Assembly (NCBI GenBank): GCA_913020665.1
Contig: CAJVZI010000001.1
Span: 4,098-68,097, forward strand
Reading direction: 5' to 3'
Length of the DNA: 64,000 nt
Source of the DNA: an uncultured bacterium
GTDB lineage: Bacteria; Fidelibacterota; Marinisomatia; Marinisomatales; UBA1611
The notes beneath the pieces are model-generated. The model ran no database searches, had not been told where the DNA came from, and was given only the letters and a program-made list of their open reading frames with translations. Below are positions 59,329 to 64,000 of this stretch, piece after piece. The position numbers and the translations under genes were made by a program. Position 1 is the stretch's first letter. Every line of letters begins with the position of its first letter.

Positions 59329-61593
59329 CTATTCCTGGTTATTGGTTCTTGCTTCACCATATGAAGCCATTTTTAGTATCACTGTATTATTTGTACTTTG
59401 TAAATCAGGAAAATATGGCGGGGGTTTGAGCTTCAAATTCCAATCATAGTGATAGCTTTTATTATATCCTACACCAGGAGAAACATTATACGGTCCGGGA
59501 TAATTCCTTTTCATATACCCTCTTCTAAATTGTACAATAGAGCCCCACAGGTATACTGTGCCTCTTATGTCATCACTTCCAGTATACACTCCTGACTGAT
59601 CATCTGACCTATAATGATTTCTATGTCCACCACGACCATCAGCTATGATACCATAACCTAATCCATCATTCCAGTCGTGATAATTTGCAAGTGTATTTTG
59701 CCAGTAATGAGAAATAAATCCTCCATTCATGGCAAGAATAGCAGCATTGATCCTGATATGGTTACCATACTGTCCACCTCTAGCGCCATTTGGCCTGGTA
59801 TTTGCGATGATCACACTACCGCCAGCTATGAGACCCAGCACATTATTTGTACCACCATCCTGAGGATGGATTACCATACCACTTCCATATGAATCATTAT
59901 ACTTTACATCATCTATTAGCCAAATATTTCCCCATACACGATCGATCTTGCTATTATCGTCATGCCTGCGATACTCTGTATAGTCATCTGTAACAATGGT
60001 ATATTGACCATCTACTATACCTCTTACTAAGACCTGACCGCCTTTGATGTAGATCACTTGTGGTGAATTACCTCTTGAAAAAAAGGTATTAGACATATAA
60101 ACATATTCACTATTGTAGATCTCATCAGGGCAGTTAAAGATATCACATGAACCACCACCAGCGGTCCAATAATCAAAATCAAAGTGCTGGATCCTCCCTG
60201 CCTCACAATAATCGGTTCCATTATCAGGATGGTCGTGATAATAGTGGAACGCATTCCACTCCGTATCCTCGTCCAATCCTTCGCTCGCATCCAAGTTCAC
60301 AACGGTGATGTTCTCTCCATGATTGAAGCCAACTCCAATAGGGCCATTATAAGCTAAGGATGCTTGATCAAATGCCAATCTTAAAAAGCCAAAAGCTGCG
60401 CCAAAGGCATTTCCATCACCATCAGGGTCGCTTGCTGTAAATGTGAATGCTTTCGTATTATCGTCATTGTAGATCATAAACTGATCTCCAACATTAGCAA
60501 CCAGCTCACCTGTTTCTACTAGATTATATAAATTCACACCATCCAAGGAGATCGGATCCATAAGAAAATAACTTGGATTTCCAGTGTATGTATTTGTTGT
60601 ACCATCAAAATTGTTACTATTGCTGAGATGTACGCCATTATTAATGTCATCTGCAAATGTTACACCTTGGCCAGTAGAATCATAAACATAGCTGAACTCT
60701 GCAGGGGGGTTTCCAACAGGTGGAATATTATACCACCATTGAGTTGCCCAATAGCCACCTTCTACAAATTTTATTTCCGTCATGATAAGCGTATCTTTTT
60801 TACCCGGCCTGAATAATTTACTATCTGCAACAAATGTTCTTGTCGCATTCTGCCTTGCAACCTCAGCAGAATTTTCAGGGGGAAATATGATCTGAGATAC
60901 TGTATCTAGAATACTAACACCATCATCCCCTTCGAAGATATTATCATTGCAAGCACCCCAATTGATCGCGTTTCCATATTGCTCAATGGCCTCAAATGTA
61001 ATATTGACCTCACCACTGAAATCAGGACACCCATAGTTGCTAAAGGTCATATTCCCATTTGTATGCACCTTTCCCTCTAGCTGATCGCCAGAACCAAAAT
61101 TTACTGTTCCAGTATTACCTGGACCTATCGGTAGCTCCTCATGAGTAAAATACATAAACTCTTCAAATCCCTGAGGAACCATACTAGTATATACTCTCCT
61201 TTCGATAGAGACATTTGTACCACTAGGTGTTATATATTCTGCTACACCTGTTGAATATGCAACATATTCTTTACGCGTGCTATTTGGAAGAAGCTGAGTA
61301 GAACAAGCAATATCCTTATACATGCCTATAGGTATATTATTCTCATCACTTCCATACATTACACCATTCTGAAGTAACAGTGTATCTGATGTAATATAAG
61401 GTAGAATGACCACACCTACGTCATTCAGTCCAGCCTCTGCTGCGTACAATGCTTTCCACTCAGCATAACGATATTTTTCCATAGCAGATTGGCTAAACGA
61501 ATTCTTTAAGTAAGCAACTGTAAATGACATGCTGACAAGGGTAAACAGAAGAGCTAATGGGGCTGCGCTCCCTCTAGTAAACGATCTAAACAT
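59329..61593 (-). CDS. Large PilX-like minor pilin (DUF4900/ComZ-like)
   Basis: Class III signal RG|SAAPLALL without E5, A.YAAEAG, G.VHTNG and C-terminal GY.K.Y.YD..L...PPPYFP. Confidence 0.7.
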   Translation of the reverse strand: MFRSFTRGSAAPLALLFTLVSMSFTVAYLKNSFSQSAMEKYRYAEWKALYAAEAGLNDVGVVILPYITSDTLLLQNGVMYGSDENNIPIGMYKDIACSTQLLPNSTRKEYVAYSTGVAEYITPSGTNVSIERRVYTSMVPQGFEEFMYFTHEELPIGPGNTGTVNFGSGDQLEGKVHTNGNMTFSNYGCPDFSGEVNITFEAIEQYGNAINWGACNDNIFEGDDGVSILDTVSQIIFPPENSAEVARQNATRTFVADSKLFRPGKKDTLIMTEIKFVEGGYWATQWWYNIPPVGNPPAEFSYVYDSTGQGVTFADDINNGVHLSNSNNFDGTTNTYTGNPSYFLMDPISLDGVNLYNLVETGELVANVGDQFMIYNDDNTKAFTFTASDPDGDGNAFGAAFGFLRLAFDQASLAYNGPIGVGFNHGENITVVNLDASEGLDEDTEWNAFHYYHDHPDNGTDYCEAGRIQHFDFDYWTAGGGSCDIFNCPDEIYNSEYVYMSNTFFSRGNSPQVIYIKGGQVLVRGIVDGQYTIVTDDYTEYRRHDDNSKIDRVWGNIWLIDDVKYNDSYGSGMVIHPQDGGTNNVLGLIAGGSVIIANTRPNGARGGQYGNHIRINAAILAMNGGFISHYWQNTLANYHDWNDGLGYGIIADGRGGHRNHYRSDDQSGVYTGSDDIRGTVYLWGSIVQFRRGYMKRNYPGPYNVSPGVGYNKSYHYDWNLKLKPPPYFPDLQSTNNTVILKMASYGEARTNNQE

Positions 61594-62221
61594 CAGGGTT
61601 TATCCCCAGTGCATTGGTCACTTTTGTTTGTATATAAGATGTTCCTAAAAAAGCGGTCCTATGATAGATATGCTGTTCTTTTATTGGTTGAAATGCATCA
61701 TCCATTACATCCGATTCCATAGCTAAAACTAGGGTGATATCAAGAAATGAATTCTTGAAGGTACTTGATCCAAGCCCAGCGCTCATATCGTATTCTATGA
61801 CAAAGTCGTCAATATAGACCGTTCTTGTATTTGCGCCTCTAAATGCACCCTCACTAGGGAAGTTTAATACACCATCAACAGGTATATTGCTATTAAATAG
61901 GATGCCAGTCCTCGCATTGCATGTAATGGTCAATTCAGGAGACATGTCTGTAAAGTATTTATATAATTTTAATCGTGCAAAACCACTAAAACTATCAACC
62001 TCTATCTTTTGTGCCCGGTTAAGCTCTCGCACGATCTCTCTCATGATATTATTCCCATATTGGCGAAGGTCTTGTCTAACTGTGTCAGTCTGGTAGTGAA
62101 GCATAACAGCCTGAGCTCCACTTGTCATACCAATCCCAATTATCGCCATTACAACGATTCCGGCTGTGAGCTCTAAAAGCGTCATGCCGTAGCTAGATCT
62201 CTTTAGGAATTTCGTTATCAA
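61586..62221 (-). CDS. PilW-like minor pilin
   Basis: Prepilin motif YG|MTLLEL followed by a hydrophobic helix. Confidence 0.78.
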   Translation of the reverse strand: MITKFLKRSSYGMTLLELTAGIVVMAIIGIGMTSGAQAVMLHYQTDTVRQDLRQYGNNIMREIVRELNRAQKIEVDSFSGFARLKLYKYFTDMSPELTITCNARTGILFNSNIPVDGVLNFPSEGAFRGANTRTVYIDDFVIEYDMSAGLGSSTFKNSFLDITLVLAMESDVMDDAFQPIKEQHIYHRTAFLGTSYIQTKVTNALGINPDV

Positions 62222-62694
62222 AGCTCAAACTCGGTCATTATTGTTGATATTCTCCTCTCATACCCAGTGTCACCTGCATATCTTCCTGTTGGGGAAGTAA
62301 ACCTATCTCCCCACTTTATCCAGCACTCCAATTCATATCGCGTGAGGTCTGTATTGCCATAGTCATTAAAAGGATTTAATCTTCTAAGGTCATAATAGAG
62401 TCTTGCCTCAATAGAATTCTTTTGACCCATACCACCTACAAGAAAGATCTCATCGCCGTCAGGATCTCCTGCAAGTTCATACACAGAGAGGCTTCCATCA
62501 GCGATCCGCCCTTTCCAATATTCCATATAGTTCAATAATTCCTCTGTCGCTCTTTCTTTGATCTCGAGTGAGTGCAACTCACCTCGGGCATGAACAACGC
62601 CCATCATCAGGCCAACACAGGCTATGGATATGATGACAGTAGCTGTCATTACTTCAATAAAACCAATGCCCTGACTCGAATTCTTTAGGTTCAT
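62218..62694 (-). CDS. PilV-like minor pilin
   Basis: Prepilin motif QG|IGFIEV followed by a hydrophobic helix. Confidence 0.75.
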   Translation of the reverse strand: MNLKNSSQGIGFIEVMTATVIISIACVGLMMGVVHARGELHSLEIKERATEELLNYMEYWKGRIADGSLSVYELAGDPDGDEIFLVGGMGQKNSIEARLYYDLRRLNPFNDYGNTDLTRYELECWIKWGDRFTSPTGRYAGDTGYERRISTIMTEFEL

Positions 62695-63746
62695 AGAACG
62701 TTTTGGGCAAATAATTTTGGGTTTTCAGCGATACTTTCTGCCATTTTTCTCTCAATATCACCTTGGGAAACCAATCTCTGTAGATCTTGATCTAGTGACT
62801 GCATCCCCTCAACACCACCTGATTGAATGATCGATGGTATCTGGTATATTCTATCCTCGCGAATAAGATTACGTATAGCCGTGTTCGCGATCATTACTTC
62901 GCATGCAGGTAACCTGCCTTTGCCGTCCTTTGTTTTTAATAGTTTCTGGGCTATCACAGCCTCAAGACTCTCTGAAAGCATGGATCGGATCTGTCCTTTC
63001 TGACCCGTTGGAAAAATATCAATGATCCGGTCTATGGTCTTTACAGCGCTCGAAGTATGGAGGGTCGACAAGACCAGGTGCCCTGTCTCGGCAGCAGTTA
63101 ATGCTAGAGATATGGTCTCTAGATCTCTCATCTCACCAACTAAGATCACATCTGGATCTTCTCTCAAAGCTGAGCGCATGGCATTTGCAAAACTATGTGT
63201 ATTCGCGCCAAGTTCTCTCTGATTGATCAGACTTTCTTTTGTCTCGTGATAATATTCTACAGGATCCTCAATCGTAATGATATGACAGCTTCTCTGAGTA
63301 TTGATATGGTCTACCATTGCAGCTAGAGTCGTACTCTTTCCTGAACCTGTCGGACCAGTCAATAGAACAAGACCTCTATCCATCAGAGCAAGGTTTTTCA
63401 AAACGGGCGGAATGCCAAGATCATCAAAGTCTTTGACAACCTCTGGTATGGTACGAAATACTCCGGCCAACCCTTTTATTTGATTGAAAAAATTGACCCT
63501 AAATCTTCCTTTACCCTCTAAACTGGCAGAAAAATCGATCTCCTTATTTTCTTCAAAAAGTTTTAGCTGATCTTCGTCCAATACCTGAGGAAGTATGGAC
63601 TCCATATCTCCTTGCTTAAGTGGGTCCATATTTAGTGGCTTCATAGTACCGTTTATTCTTACCATTGGTATTGAGCCAACACTTAAGTGAAGATCTGAAG
63701 CACCACTATCAACGGAATAAGAAAGTAACTTATTAAGATCCATCAA
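62691..63746 (-). CDS. pilT: Type IV pilus retraction ATPase PilT
   Basis: ASDLHL, GPTGSGKSTT, LREDPD and the PilT-specific AIRNLIRE motif. Confidence 0.96.
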   Translation of the reverse strand: MMDLNKLLSYSVDSGASDLHLSVGSIPMVRINGTMKPLNMDPLKQGDMESILPQVLDEDQLKLFEENKEIDFSASLEGKGRFRVNFFNQIKGLAGVFRTIPEVVKDFDDLGIPPVLKNLALMDRGLVLLTGPTGSGKSTTLAAMVDHINTQRSCHIITIEDPVEYYHETKESLINQRELGANTHSFANAMRSALREDPDVILVGEMRDLETISLALTAAETGHLVLSTLHTSSAVKTIDRIIDIFPTGQKGQIRSMLSESLEAVIAQKLLKTKDGKGRLPACEVMIANTAIRNLIREDRIYQIPSIIQSGGVEGMQSLDQDLQRLVSQGDIERKMAESIAENPKLFAQNVL

Positions 63747-63749
63747 GTT

Positions 63750-64000
63750 CTATTCCCCTTCAGGCGAACCATATCCTGTAAATTTTCCAAGATCAGCATC
63801 ATATACAACCTGATGACCTGCACCACCTGACATCTCTTCAGTACTCGTTGCAGTGATACGACCACCCTGGTCACTGAGCTGTAGATCAAAAGACCATTTT
63901 AGTTTTGTTGAGCGACTGACATCTAACTGCCCTGCTCTTTCCAGTTCATCTATCTCAGAAGGCCACTCACCTCTAGTTTGGTAGTACATCTTTGAAGCAT
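63750..64000 (-). CDS. C-terminal part of a type IV pilin (probable major pilin), truncated by the window edge
   Basis: Frame is open to the window end (..ASKMYYQTRGEWP..). The YY...G.WP and ITAT patterns are typical of pilins; the gene lies directly upstream of pilT. Confidence 0.65.
   Translation of the reverse strand, partial: ASKMYYQTRGEWPSEIDELERAGQLDVSRSTKLKWSFDLQLSDQGGRITATSTEEMSGGAGHQVVYDADLGKFTGYGSPEGE

Noticed and set aside
1374-63483. Many short plus-strand or alternative-frame ORFs in the track (e.g. 1374-1637, 19026-19460, 43508-43942, 54629-55099)
   Set aside because: They lie antisense to or inside well-supported genes, have no recognisable motifs, and look like shadow ORFs.
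1-64000. CRISPR arrays, tRNA/rRNA genes, IS elements, prophage genes
   Set aside because: No regularly spaced repeats, structural RNA signatures, transposases or integrases were seen, and intergenic space is minimal. A covariance-model scan was not possible.

Overview
Densely coding, AT-rich bacterial chromosomal window, almost all on the minus strand. Gene content and protein style (LPS genes, many YPNPFN-type C-terminal sorting domains, C25 peptidases) suggest a diderm of the FCB group, most plausibly Marinimicrobia/SAR406; this is inferred, not tested. Bases 1-28 kb are mostly housekeeping genes (rimO, ftsY, waaA, a GT9, a polyprenyl synthase, tatC, meaB, a Crp/Fnr regulator, rpsT, guaB, hutH, a DnaQ-DinG fusion, GGR, alaS), with a truncated DUF262/GmrSD gene at the left edge. 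Bases 30.3-64 kb form one tightly packed minus-strand gene string. It starts with a type IVa pilus cluster (pilin, pilT, PilV/W/X-like, pilMNOPQ, an Ig-repeat lipoprotein, pilB, pilC, pilD). This runs straight into a poly-gamma-glutamate locus (pgsB/capB, pgsC/capC, pgsW) that has no capA, capD or capE in the window. The locus is flanked by two paralogous gingipain-like C25 proteins in which the catalytic His is replaced. It also includes a very basic periplasmic protein, a basic outer-membrane barrel, a propeller lipoprotein, a roughly 16-repeat propeller protein and an M14 carboxypeptidase. This block is the best candidate for an undescribed system: synthesis, export and surface processing of poly-gamma-glutamate in a diderm, possibly co-expressed with type IV pili. 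No tRNA, rRNA, CRISPR array or mobile element was recognised. All family calls come from motif reading by eye.
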